Origin: a virus
Direction: 5' to 3' (one strand)
Virus record (IMG/VR): IMGVR_UViG_3300022187_000028
Span: 2,758-66,757 of that record
Length of the DNA stretch: 64,000 bases
Under the pieces are notes generated by a model. That model had not been told where the DNA came from. It ran no database searches and saw only the letters and a program-made list of their open reading frames with translations. Every line of letters begins with the position of its first letter. Position 1 is the first letter of the stretch. This document shows, piece by piece, positions 1 through 9,713 of this stretch. A program made the translations under genes and the position numbers.

Positions 1-5
1 CCACA

Positions 6-1895
6 TTATTCTTCCTCCTCATTTTGTTCTAATCTTTGTAGAATTGTTGCTCTTTCTTCTTCGGAAAAGTTGCTCTCTATTCCTAACTTTGTCATAATTT
101 TCAATATATTTCTAGTTATCAAAATAGTTATTCTTCTATTTTGTCCCTCGGACATTGGATAAAATGTAGGGGGAAGATTTGGGAAATAAGTAGAATCAAT
201 TTTTCCAATCAAATAATCAACAATATCTTCCGGACTGGTAAAATCTACACTCATCCTTTCCATGCTTTCTACACTAGTAATACCCCTAGTTTTCATTTCG
301 TCAACGGCCTCTTCTATCACACTATAGTCGGAAAGCAGTAGATTTTGTAGTTTGTCAAATCCATATTTTTTAATCAATGGACTTTCCTTTATTTTCTCGG
401 AAACTTTATTTCTTAGCCTTACTATTTCAGCCCTAGATAATTTACCCAATGCCTTTCTTTTCTTCTGTGTCCTAGTTCTAAGAGCAGAGGACCCCTTTTC
501 TCCAGCATAATCTAAAATGTATTCAAATAGAGTTCTACTATCAACTCTCTTGTTTAACTCTTGATTCATCCTTTCTCCGTTTTTCATCAAAACAGTATAT
601 CCTTTAAACAAAGGAGTATAATAGTTAAGGGAATCTCCACCAGCCTCCCCTAATTTCTTTTTTCCCGCTTCGTAATCGACAAACCTGTTATCCCTAACAT
701 CGAAACCTTTTATTTTATTTGCATTAGTTTTCATTTGTTCCAAAAATCTAACTCTAGAGTCAATTACTGTAACCTCCTTTCCAAGAATAGTTTCTAGCCT
801 CTTTCTAATTTCTTTGTTATTTCTTCGCACAGCGTTTTCATTCTTTTCCAACAATGTTTTTTTGACAAAACTAGCCAAACTGCCTTTGTATTTTATGGCC
901 TTTGTCATTTTATTAGTGGTATTCATTGTATCCTTTTTAACCATTAAGTCTTCAATAAGTCCTAATTCACCTTCGCCTAACAATTCTTGTAGCGCATTGA
1001 TTCGGTCTTCTAAGTCTCCTTCGTCCTCGTAAGAACCCACAAGCGTCAGCATATTTTTTAGTAGGCTAGTAAGAACTTTTTTATGTCTATCAAAAGCCGT
1101 ATCTATGTTAGGTATTTCTTTTCCATCTACTTCCGTAGTGCCGACAGGTCTAATCTCTCTAGGATTATCAAGATAATCAGTAATGTTTCTAAAATTGTCG
1201 AGCAAAGAACTCCTAGGAGAGCCTTCCTTTTCTTTTAGTCTTTTAATCAACTTTTCTATAGTTTTCATTGTATTTTCTATACTCTTCTTTTTCTTACTGT
1301 AGTAAGCATTTAGAATAGAATCTTTTTTTTCCGGTTGTAAGATTTCTTTTTCCGAAAAAGAGGAAAAGTCCTTTTTATCTTTTACTTTAACGGCGGCTAA
1401 TTCTTCTTCCATTAGTTTAATGTAAGCATCAAGTCTAATCTCAAGATTTTTCTCTATTACCTTATTGAGTTCCTTTACTTGTGTTTTCAAGTCCTTGCTC
1501 AAATCTTCTATTCCATCCTTTTGTGTAAATAGCATCTTGGCTTCTTTCTTACCTTCCTCATCTAGAGTCTTGGTATATTTTCTAAGTAGAAAAGAAATTT
1601 CAGAATCAGTATCTTCAACTTCATTTAACGCATTAAAATATTCCTTATCCAAATCCAAATTATTTTCACTAAGAGTGTCTCTCAAATCATTCACAAGAAT
1701 GTCTTCTTGCTTTGCATAGTCATTGGGTTTGACCAATATAGAATGTGAATATGGTTTCTTAACTTCTTTAATTTCAAAAATAAAATTCTTAGAGAGGGCC
1801 TCAGCCGCTTTTATGTCTCTTTTTACTAGTTCCTCGAATCTCTTTTTTTCAGATTCAGTAAGGTCTACTTTCAAAAGAAGCAAAGAAATCACCAC
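6..1895 (-). CDS. Large Lys/Glu-rich helical hypothetical protein, probably virion-associated
   Basis: 629 aa ORF downstream of the portal in the head module; coiled-coil-like composition. Confidence 0.6.
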   Translation of the reverse strand: MVISLLLLKVDLTESEKKRFEELVKRDIKAAEALSKNFIFEIKEVKKPYSHSILVKPNDYAKQEDILVNDLRDTLSENNLDLDKEYFNALNEVEDTDSEISFLLRKYTKTLDEEGKKEAKMLFTQKDGIEDLSKDLKTQVKELNKVIEKNLEIRLDAYIKLMEEELAAVKVKDKKDFSSFSEKEILQPEKKDSILNAYYSKKKKSIENTMKTIEKLIKRLKEKEGSPRSSLLDNFRNITDYLDNPREIRPVGTTEVDGKEIPNIDTAFDRHKKVLTSLLKNMLTLVGSYEDEGDLEDRINALQELLGEGELGLIEDLMVKKDTMNTTNKMTKAIKYKGSLASFVKKTLLEKNENAVRRNNKEIRKRLETILGKEVTVIDSRVRFLEQMKTNANKIKGFDVRDNRFVDYEAGKKKLGEAGGDSLNYYTPLFKGYTVLMKNGERMNQELNKRVDSRTLFEYILDYAGEKGSSALRTRTQKKRKALGKLSRAEIVRLRNKVSEKIKESPLIKKYGFDKLQNLLLSDYSVIEEAVDEMKTRGITSVESMERMSVDFTSPEDIVDYLIGKIDSTYFPNLPPTFYPMSEGQNRRITILITRNILKIMTKLGIESNFSEEERATILQRLEQNEEEE

Positions 1896-2113
1896 TTGTT
1901 TTCTGTCCTTCTTCTTTTCTTAGCAGGTAGTTGAACTACATCGGGAGTATCTGCACTACTTCTAGTAGGGCGATGAGTAGTATCGGGTGGTAGTCCCCCT
2001 ACAGAATAGTCTCTAGATTTCTTAGTAGTTCTATCGTCTGCGGCCCTTTGGGAACGAACTTGTGCTAGTTCCTTTGCCAATCTTCTTTCTTTTTGTGCAA
2101 TGTCTTCTTTCAT
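1889..2113 (-). CDS. Small basic hypothetical protein
   Basis: 74 aa ORF whose start overlaps the portal stop codon. Confidence 0.65.
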   Translation of the reverse strand: MKEDIAQKERRLAKELAQVRSQRAADDRTTKKSRDYSVGGLPPDTTHRPTRSSADTPDVVQLPAKKRRRTENKW

Positions 2114-3756
2114 TATGGTATTCTCCTTTCGCTTCTTCTATCGACATTTTGATTGCCAGCATCAGTAGGCAATCCCGTCATGCGCTTATCGGGGCCTACG
2201 CTCATGGATGGTTTATTTCTTGTGGTAGCGGGATTCTCTTGAGGCTTACCTCCTCCCTCTAACATTTCTCTATTCATCTCATCAATATCTCTTTGGTCGA
2301 AGTTAGAACCTACTAATCCATCTACACCGGATTGTGACTTAGCCTCTTCTCCTTCTTGAGGAGGTTCCTCTTTAGGCTCCGGTTTATTGAAAGTAAAGTT
2401 TCCATCCTCATCCATTTCTACTTCAAATCCTAAGTTCTTAACAGAAGCCGCAATATTGACTTCTAATTCTCTTCGTCTAAGTCCAGCAATTTCATCTTCT
2501 TCTTCCGAAGGAGGCAGTTTCAAATTCCAATCAGTAATACCAAATTGTTTTGTTAGGAACGGGAAGACATAATTATTGTAGACATTCTGTGCCATTTGAA
2601 CAGCACGATTTGTCACAAGTATTTGCATACCCTCATTGTTAAGTCCTCCACTCGTAGTATTGTCTGCCATGAAGACCTTACTAACTCCATAGAAAGCAGA
2701 AATTCTATCTCTCAAATCATCCTTAACAGAAACATATTCCATTTCTTTGAGGCTGTCCATGAACTTAATCCACTCAACTGAACCCTTACCATTGTCGGCT
2801 TCGATTCCCATAACTGGAATATAGTGAGGGTCTTGTTCCATTCTTTCTTTGACTCCTCTCCAAAATGCGGCCATAGAGTCCATGTTTCTAGTCTGTACTG
2901 CTAACAAACCTCTAGGCATTCTGCTCTTAGTGTAAGAAGAATTGACATAATTTTCCATAGCAATAAGAGTCATTATGTGATTAAATAGTGTCATAACCGG
3001 AGAGTGGCCGTATAGTCTACTAGGACTGTATTTACTAAAGTGAAGTATTTCTCCTTTTATGTAGAATTGTTCCTCTCCGTTTGCTCGGTTGACATAGTGT
3101 ATCGGATGCAAGTTGCTACCACATTCGCTACATAGTTCGTGCGGCTCTTGTGCTACAAATTGCCTGTGGTTGATACAAGTAAATCCTTTATTTCCTCTAA
3201 CTCCCAACTCATCAGCGTAAATTGCCATAGTCACTGGGTCGCCTCGGAATAGTTCTTTGATTCTGTGCATCCTAATCTTACCATTGCCATCCAAGTAATA
3301 TTCTTTCACAAGAACAATGTAGGCATCATCCATGATATTTAGGTCGTCTTCTAATTCTTTTAAAACATCAATAAAGAGTTGCTCGGACTTGTTAATATAT
3401 CCTTCAATAAATTTCTCAGCATATTCCAATTGCTTAGGGTCTGGCTTCACTAAATCAGTAGAGCCACATCTAGCACATTCACTGACAGGTCTTTGATGAG
3501 TCTTTTGACAAGCATTACATCGAGCCTCGTAAGCCTTCTCCCAAATGTATCCTCTTCGGAAAATTTCTTGCTTCAATTGAGTTATACAAGTACGGACAAT
3601 AACAGATTGTTGAGTTATGTTGTAGACCATTGGAGCCGTCATCATGTACGACTGCTCTCTTTCCTGTATCCCAATGTTATACACCCTGCGGTCTGCTGGC
3701 TTAGGTGTAGACCTTCTAAACAATCCACTGATGCCAAACCGTCGCTTTTCCGCCAT
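2113..3756 (-). CDS. Portal protein with Zn-ribbon insertions
   Basis: 547 aa; portal-like motifs (DDLNIMDDAY, YGHSPV, PRGLL, RISAFYGV); CxxC pairs; near terminase. Confidence 0.85.
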   Translation of the reverse strand: MAEKRRFGISGLFRRSTPKPADRRVYNIGIQEREQSYMMTAPMVYNITQQSVIVRTCITQLKQEIFRRGYIWEKAYEARCNACQKTHQRPVSECARCGSTDLVKPDPKQLEYAEKFIEGYINKSEQLFIDVLKELEDDLNIMDDAYIVLVKEYYLDGNGKIRMHRIKELFRGDPVTMAIYADELGVRGNKGFTCINHRQFVAQEPHELCSECGSNLHPIHYVNRANGEEQFYIKGEILHFSKYSPSRLYGHSPVMTLFNHIMTLIAMENYVNSSYTKSRMPRGLLAVQTRNMDSMAAFWRGVKERMEQDPHYIPVMGIEADNGKGSVEWIKFMDSLKEMEYVSVKDDLRDRISAFYGVSKVFMADNTTSGGLNNEGMQILVTNRAVQMAQNVYNNYVFPFLTKQFGITDWNLKLPPSEEEDEIAGLRRRELEVNIAASVKNLGFEVEMDEDGNFTFNKPEPKEEPPQEGEEAKSQSGVDGLVGSNFDQRDIDEMNREMLEGGGKPQENPATTRNKPSMSVGPDKRMTGLPTDAGNQNVDRRSERRIP

Positions 3757-3805
3757 ATGAACTCCCTCTCACCTTTTGTTTATCGGCCTATTTAATAACC
3801 GTATC

Positions 3806-4093
3806 TCACCATAATTTCTTACAGGCTAGACATTTTGGAGTAGTAATTCTTCCTTTACATTGGTCGCAATTATGCCTTGCTCGGAAATTTTTCCTACGGG
3901 CGGGGTCTTTATGAGTCCCTCCACCACGATTTTTTCCCTTGCGTTTGTAGTTGCCATATCCTTTAGCACCTGCATGAATCTTTTTACCTTCGTGAGTAAG
4001 CATCATAATTTTCTTACCTTTTCTATCGGAACGATAAACACGGCCTACTCTCATATCCTTTTTGTCTTTCTTTAGTACTTCTTCCCAACTCAT
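3806..4093 (-). CDS. MSW-tag protein; basic domain KKIHAGAKGY...HKDPARRKNFRARHNC
   Basis: Probable start MSWEEVLKK at 4093; domain resembles small basic proteins of large dsDNA viruses. Confidence 0.75.
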   Translation of the reverse strand: MSWEEVLKKDKKDMRVGRVYRSDRKGKKIMMLTHEGKKIHAGAKGYGNYKRKGKNRGGGTHKDPARRKNFRARHNCDQCKGRITTPKCLACKKLW

Positions 4094-4103
4094 AGCATAT
4101 CCC

Positions 4104-4505
4104 TCAAATCTCTTCACTATAATCTGGAAGATTATCGTACCTTTCACTCTCGAATTTCTTACCGCCATCGGGCATGTCATTCATATTATAGTAAGGCTTC
4201 TTGCTTTTTCGCCTATCTCTATGACTTACCATAGCCCTATCCATCATGGCCTTGTGAAATCGAACATAAGGTCCCCATATTTTTCTTTTTTGACCTCCCC
4301 CATAGGTCTGCAATCGCCTACCCGTTCTGTCATAATAATACACCCTAATTTTATAGTCAAATTCTTTGACTCTTTTTAATTCCTTTTCATGGTACTCGGC
4401 TTGATTCAAAAAGGTAGAGCGATAAAACTCATCTCTATTTGTTGGTATTCCCTTATGCGGGACTGTTTCTTCATTGTCGTTTTTTAGTACTTCTTCCCAA
4501 CTCAT
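4104..4505 (-). CDS. MSW-tag hypothetical protein
   Basis: Starts MSWEEVLKN; 133 aa. Confidence 0.75.
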   Translation of the reverse strand: MSWEEVLKNDNEETVPHKGIPTNRDEFYRSTFLNQAEYHEKELKRVKEFDYKIRVYYYDRTGRRLQTYGGGQKRKIWGPYVRFHKAMMDRAMVSHRDRRKSKKPYYNMNDMPDGGKKFESERYDNLPDYSEEI

Positions 4506-4514
4506 AACAATTCC

Positions 4515-4832
4515 TCACAAAAACTCATAAATAGTCACTGGTTTATACCCAATAAATTTACCATCAATAACAATTCTTTGCTTTTTTCGTTTAGTTCCTA
4601 ACAGATTTCTTTTCTTCAAATGATTTATGATATAATTTCTTATCCTATCTGATTTAATATTTTTATGTAGTTTAGCATACCTGTCTCTTACATCTTCTAT
4701 GAATGTATGGAATTCATTTGGATTTAGGACTTTCCCTTTTAATCGTTGGGCTTCTTGAATAGCAACCCTGTTTAGAAAGCCGTAGTCGATTTTCCTTGCG
4801 CCCCCCCGCTTAATTACTTCTTCCCAACTCAT
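4515..4832 (-). CDS. MSW-tag basic hypothetical protein, possible winged helix
   Basis: Starts MSWEEVIKR; 105 aa. Confidence 0.75.
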   Translation of the reverse strand: MSWEEVIKRGGARKIDYGFLNRVAIQEAQRLKGKVLNPNEFHTFIEDVRDRYAKLHKNIKSDRIRNYIINHLKKRNLLGTKRKKQRIVIDGKFIGYKPVTIYEFL

Positions 4833-5230
4833 TTTTCTTTCCTCAATTGGTTTTCTTTAGAAGTCTTATCATCATCAATTGGGCCACCTTTAGCCCAAGT
4901 GTAGCAAGTTCTTGCAGAATGACATTTGAAATCGTGCATCCAACAGTAGCCTAATCGACCATCTTCATCTGTGTTTAGTGGCATACATTCGTCCATTCTT
5001 GGAGATATGTCAAACGCAATACAATTACTGCAATTAGATTCCTTAGCAACATCAGCAGTAGTATTCCACTTCTTAGCATATTCTTCCCAATACTTTTCGT
5101 CGCTTAGATTGAGAGGACCGTATTGAATATGCTTTTCTTTTACTGCCCTATCTCTATTCTTAGTATTGAGTTTCAAATCTTGAGTAGCCAAAGGGCATTC
5201 TAGTTTTTTTAGAATAATAGTCCAATCCAT
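4829..5230 (-). CDS. MSW-tag Cys-rich protein with HiPIP-like Cys spacing
   Basis: Starts MDWTIILKK; CSNCIAF...GYC...CYTW. Confidence 0.7.
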   Translation of the reverse strand: MDWTIILKKLECPLATQDLKLNTKNRDRAVKEKHIQYGPLNLSDEKYWEEYAKKWNTTADVAKESNCSNCIAFDISPRMDECMPLNTDEDGRLGYCWMHDFKCHSARTCYTWAKGGPIDDDKTSKENQLRKEK

Positions 5231-5239
5231 AATATCACC

Positions 5240-5770
5240 TTAAAGTGTATCGCTAATCTCTTCCCATTTTTTGGTTTCTTTTAGGTAAGAAACTAATTTG
5301 TTGTAGTCTGCTTGTGCAAATAAATACCTTTCTTGTTCAGGATTGAATTCCGGAAGATACTCTTTTAATTTACGCAAATCTCTTGATTCGATTATATCCT
5401 TCTCAACATCTTTAGATATAGTTTTCTTTCCTTTAAAATTCCCAATATAATACCTGTCTTCGTAATCCATATTTCTGTGTCGAATATAGATACTAACATC
5501 TGTAAATACATTGCCGTTATATATTTCTATTTCTCCCGAAGCACTTAATTCAAAGTCTTTAGGAAAACCCATATCAAACTTTTCTATTGGAATATGGCTG
5601 TCTGCTTTTTCCTCAAATAAATAAAAATCCCCATTGTGCGGGAAATGAGAAAAATACAGTAGGCTAGGTTTAAGAAAGCCCTTTCCTAGCAAAGCCTTGT
5701 TTATCTCCTGTTTAGATTTATCATCTAAATCATTATAGTCAGTTTTTTTCAAAATATTAGTCCAACTCAT
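5240..5770 (-). CDS. MSW-tag hypothetical protein, paralog of 16395..17162
   Basis: Starts MSWTNILKK; shares DYNDLDDKSKQEI and ADYNKLVxYLKETxKWEEIS. Confidence 0.78.
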   Translation of the reverse strand: MSWTNILKKTDYNDLDDKSKQEINKALLGKGFLKPSLLYFSHFPHNGDFYLFEEKADSHIPIEKFDMGFPKDFELSASGEIEIYNGNVFTDVSIYIRHRNMDYEDRYYIGNFKGKKTISKDVEKDIIESRDLRKLKEYLPEFNPEQERYLFAQADYNKLVSYLKETKKWEEISDTL

Positions 5771-6150
5771 GCTGTAAATGGCCCCCTTCTTTTACTACTT
5801 GGTTTGTGAGTGTAAATATCTCCATCAGTGTGAATGTAAATTTTCTTTCTTCTAACGAGGCCATCTATGGCTCTTTTTAGAGTTTTAGTGTCAGCAATAC
5901 TCTTTAGATTTTTCATACCTAAAGCACCACCTTCTTTCTTAATTTCAGCGAGAATCAATTTCTCCACCTTTGCTAATTCTCCTTTATTCAACAAATCAAA
6001 ATCTTCACGGCTGATTTTGCCATCTTTATTTCTATCTAAGTGCTTACTTTGTTTAGGTGTCAATTTCTTATTTACACATTCTTCACAGTTGCATGGCTTA
6101 CCCATCTTTTCTGTTCCGCAGTGTGCCTTTACTATGTCCTTCCAACTCAT
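5767..6150 (-). CDS. MSW-tag protein with EF-hand-like loop and C-terminal winged helix
   Basis: Starts MSWKDIVKA; DRNKDGKISRED matches an EF-hand loop. Confidence 0.72.
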   Translation of the reverse strand: MSWKDIVKAHCGTEKMGKPCNCEECVNKKLTPKQSKHLDRNKDGKISREDFDLLNKGELAKVEKLILAEIKKEGGALGMKNLKSIADTKTLKRAIDGLVRRKKIYIHTDGDIYTHKPSSKRRGPFTA

Positions 6151-6545
6151 GCCCCTCTTCTCCTTTTGTATGTTTTACATGCGGCACAGGTTGGCCTACA
6201 TCTTTGTTTAGTTCCTTTAGAAGCGTCTTTACGACCACAAGGTTTTGTTCCCTTTTTATCATCTTCACATGATTGACAAGAAACCCAACCCTTTGCTTTA
6301 CCACTTCCTCCTCTTCTGTTGAACCAGCCATGTAATCCTGATTCTTTTTCTGCTTTGAAATTATCTCCACCTTTCTTGACTTTTCCTTTAGTTCCCTTTC
6401 TACATTGAACCATAAAGCCGGATTTGTAGGCTGAACTTTTCATTCCGTATTTTTTATCTGCTAGTTTAGCGCACCTATCTTTAGGCTCGCCTTTACTATT
6501 ATGGGTGGCAGTGGCCTTAACTTTTAGAATCTCTTGCCAAGTCAT
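6147..6545 (-). CDS. MSW-tag basic Cys-rich protein
   Basis: Starts MTWQEILKV; SAYKSGFMVQCRK and GWF...PCGR...CRP motifs resemble small proteins of large dsDNA viruses. Confidence 0.72.
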   Translation of the reverse strand: MTWQEILKVKATATHNSKGEPKDRCAKLADKKYGMKSSAYKSGFMVQCRKGTKGKVKKGGDNFKAEKESGLHGWFNRRGGSGKAKGWVSCQSCEDDKKGTKPCGRKDASKGTKQRCRPTCAACKTYKRRRGA

Positions 6546-6642
6546 TTCCTTTCACCTCCCAACATTTTTTGCAGTATCCAAATGGTCTTAAATCTATAAC
6601 ATCACAAGTATAACATTGACCACAATATTTCAAATAAAACAC

Positions 6643-8259
6643 CTAACGATTTTCCTCTGTAAATAGTTGCTTTTGACTTTTACCATATTTGGACAAAACT
6701 TCTTCAATTTTATTTTTAGCAAAACCAGCACTAATCATTGTCATTTCATCTTCGCTACTTTCTTCATCTTTCATACCAGCATCTAAGAAAGACATGATAA
6801 CATCTTCATCATCTTTATCTATAACTGTCTTTCTTAGTATTTCTTTTACTTTTCTATAGTAGGCTTTGAATGAAGTATCTCCAAATTCTTTCTTAGCAAT
6901 CATTCCGCCAATGTTTTCCATTTCATCCATAACAGACATTTTACAATTATCTTGGTATTTTGAAATATCGTCTACATAAATACCTTCTTTAGCAAAATCA
7001 AAACCTACATGGTCTTTGTGATTCTCCCATTTCATTAACTTGAAAATCTCATCACAACGGCTTTTGTACCATTCCGCCTTCTTGTAAGATTTCTTCATTC
7101 TAATAAGTTCCAATAAAAGATTAGCATTACCTTTCTTCATTCTAAAGTGAGGCAGACACTTAGTTAATAGTTCTGTCACATCACTTTGAGAATAGAAATT
7201 TAGACGATTCACTGGCCGTGTGTCTTGTGGAGATTTTTGGTCTAAGTGTAATTTACCAATACCTCCCAAAGCCTTGTGTATTTCAGTCATAAATGCCTTG
7301 CCTCTATCTCCTGTGGCTACTAGACCAACTCTAGGGTTGTGATTCCTATCCATAGTAATATAGCCGTCCGAATCAATAAAAGCGGCAGTATAAGCCCAAA
7401 CATTCTTCTTTATTTCCGAATCTAAGGTGAAGTATCTTCCCGAAACAGAAGTGACTTCTAAAGACTTAGCCATCTTAGAAATAGAGTGCCATGAATTCCT
7501 GTCGTATAATTTAGAAGGCATCCTATCATGTAGTTCTCTCGCTGATATTCCTTGATTGTCTTTGACTTGCTTCACGATATACTCTCTAGTTTCTTCCTTG
7601 ATTGATTTCTTTAGAGAAGAAGATGATATGTCCTTGATATGTTTCCTAAACTCTCTCTTAGCCAAATTCATTTCTTTCGATAATAGTGAGTATTGTTTTC
7701 CATAACTAGTGTCTTTCAAATCTAATTCTGCTTCCCAATACTTGCATATTGAGTCAATAACTCTCCTTCTTTGAGATGCTTCTTTCATGCTGTGTAATTT
7801 TAGAAGGTCATTCTCATCAAACTTCATTTTCATAAATGGCTCTCTGTATGGAGTAAGCCAATAAATACTCTTGACGCACTTTGTAATGTGTTCGGAGTAG
7901 CCATCAATAATAGCATCAATGCTCTTAGTCATTCTATCTCTTGATTCTCCTTTTAGACTTCTGCGCTCTTTTCTTAGAGCCTTGACAACATTAGGAACTT
8001 CTTCGCCATAATACATCTGCTTCTTAGGGAAAGATTCAATGTGTCTTTTTGCTTGAGAAGCATTGAGTTTAAATTCTGTAGAAATTTTAGAAACTAGTTC
8101 ATGTTCGGAAACAATAGAAAGTTCATTCGATAAACTGAGAGCGATTTTATCATCTAATAGACTCTTAGCATCTTCCAAGTCATTCTCTGCCTCTTCTTCT
8201 AAAGCGGCGACCTGTTCTAATCTAGTGCTAGCCTCTCTTAATTCATCTGGCGTTGGCAT
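6643..8259 (-). CDS. Protein with long helical N-terminus, HTH and a LAGLIDADG endonuclease-like domain
   Basis: YTAAFIDSDG motif followed by a typical LAGLIDADG beta-sheet region. Confidence 0.75.
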   Translation of the reverse strand: MPTPDELREASTRLEQVAALEEEAENDLEDAKSLLDDKIALSLSNELSIVSEHELVSKISTEFKLNASQAKRHIESFPKKQMYYGEEVPNVVKALRKERRSLKGESRDRMTKSIDAIIDGYSEHITKCVKSIYWLTPYREPFMKMKFDENDLLKLHSMKEASQRRRVIDSICKYWEAELDLKDTSYGKQYSLLSKEMNLAKREFRKHIKDISSSSLKKSIKEETREYIVKQVKDNQGISARELHDRMPSKLYDRNSWHSISKMAKSLEVTSVSGRYFTLDSEIKKNVWAYTAAFIDSDGYITMDRNHNPRVGLVATGDRGKAFMTEIHKALGGIGKLHLDQKSPQDTRPVNRLNFYSQSDVTELLTKCLPHFRMKKGNANLLLELIRMKKSYKKAEWYKSRCDEIFKLMKWENHKDHVGFDFAKEGIYVDDISKYQDNCKMSVMDEMENIGGMIAKKEFGDTSFKAYYRKVKEILRKTVIDKDDEDVIMSFLDAGMKDEESSEDEMTMISAGFAKNKIEEVLSKYGKSQKQLFTEENR

Positions 8260-8268
8260 AATTTTCCC

Positions 8269-9702
8269 TCAAAAGTTCAGTCCCATTATACCCATGCCCC
8301 TATTATTTATAGGCGCATCAAATATCCCCAAATCATCTAACAATAAGAAGTTTTCACTGATGGTCTTAGTAGCGGCATTAGCCAATGCTAAACTCATTAC
8401 CATATCGTCGTGCGCCCCAACTCCCTCAAATTTGCCCTTAGAAGTAATAGAAAACATAGAGAGTTCTTCTATTAGAGCAGAAGTGACTCTTCTACTTTCT
8501 TCATTAGCATAAGGTAGGTGTATCTTCTCATTCTCAAAATTCATCTGTAGATTCAAAATAATGTCCTGTTTCTTTTTCCTTGTAGTATTAAAATCGTGAA
8601 CATTCAAATCGGAAATATTTCTAAGTTCTTGAGTAAAGGATTTAGCGAATACATTTGTTTCAAATAAGATTACTTCGGGTTGGAATATTTTTCCTATTAG
8701 CCTAACCTTCTGTAAATTTTCTCTAAATTCTACATTCTTAGCCCTATCAATATAAACGACATTTTTGTTATCATTCTCATCTACTTCCAATACTGTGATT
8801 ACATTGTAGTCACCATCTGTAGAAATAGCAGGGTCAATACCAACATAGTACTTGTAGCCCTCTCTACGAGTAGGTTTCAATACCAAGTTTTTATTCTTGG
8901 CTCGCTCTAAATATTCGGGATTGAATAGAGAAGTACCTGTAGATACAGGAACACAAAGATACTCTCTTGTAAATTTAAGAGAGCCTATTTCTGCCTTTCT
9001 AGCCATGAGAGCATCATAGTCCCAACGATTAGGCCAAAGAGGTTCATTAAGAGCGTTAAAGCAAGGATACTTTCTAACGGTATATGCTTCGTTCTCCTCT
9101 AGTTGAGTGTAAATATCTGTATAACTGAACGGAGTTCCAATGACTCTAAGGGAAGCGGAGTGGTGTAAAGTTGGTATCATGTCACCATAAAACCAATCAG
9201 TGACTTTTTGAATTGCAGTCAAACTAAACTCCTTCAAAGGGTCGTCAATAATAATCTCTTGAGGGTGAAGACCACGAATCTGTGAACCAACCGAACGCTC
9301 AAGAATTTGATTTCCATTGGTGAGGGTAATGTTTCCAATAGCCCAACCCTTAGCAGGTTTGAAATGTTTAATTGTAGGGTTATTGAATACCTTATCAATG
9401 TCCCTCATGTGAACCATAGTCTGCTTTTGGTTAGAGGAAATGTAGAGCATTTGGTATGGAGGAGGTTGAAATATTAAATTCCAAACAACCCATGAGTGCA
9501 TGAAGACAGACTTTCCGTGACCCCGACTACAAATAATTACTGTTCTTTGGGTTTGTCCCATTAACTCAAGCCATTCTTGTTGATGGCTTGCGAAATCCCA
9601 ACCTAGAACATTTTCAAAGAAATAAGGAAATGAATTCTTAGATAGTTCTAAGTCCATTTGCCGTTCTAAGTTTAACCCTGCAATGTCAGACATATCGTTC
9701 AC
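8269..9702 (-). CDS. terL: Terminase large subunit
   Basis: Walker A SRGHGKS, Walker B IIIDD, nuclease motifs GIDPA and HDDMVMS. Confidence 0.93.
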   Translation of the reverse strand: MNDMSDIAGLNLERQMDLELSKNSFPYFFENVLGWDFASHQQEWLELMGQTQRTVIICSRGHGKSVFMHSWVVWNLIFQPPPYQMLYISSNQKQTMVHMRDIDKVFNNPTIKHFKPAKGWAIGNITLTNGNQILERSVGSQIRGLHPQEIIIDDPLKEFSLTAIQKVTDWFYGDMIPTLHHSASLRVIGTPFSYTDIYTQLEENEAYTVRKYPCFNALNEPLWPNRWDYDALMARKAEIGSLKFTREYLCVPVSTGTSLFNPEYLERAKNKNLVLKPTRREGYKYYVGIDPAISTDGDYNVITVLEVDENDNKNVVYIDRAKNVEFRENLQKVRLIGKIFQPEVILFETNVFAKSFTQELRNISDLNVHDFNTTRKKKQDIILNLQMNFENEKIHLPYANEESRRVTSALIEELSMFSITSKGKFEGVGAHDDMVMSLALANAATKTISENFLLLDDLGIFDAPINNRGMGIMGLNF

Positions 9703-9713
9703 CCCTTCTTCTA

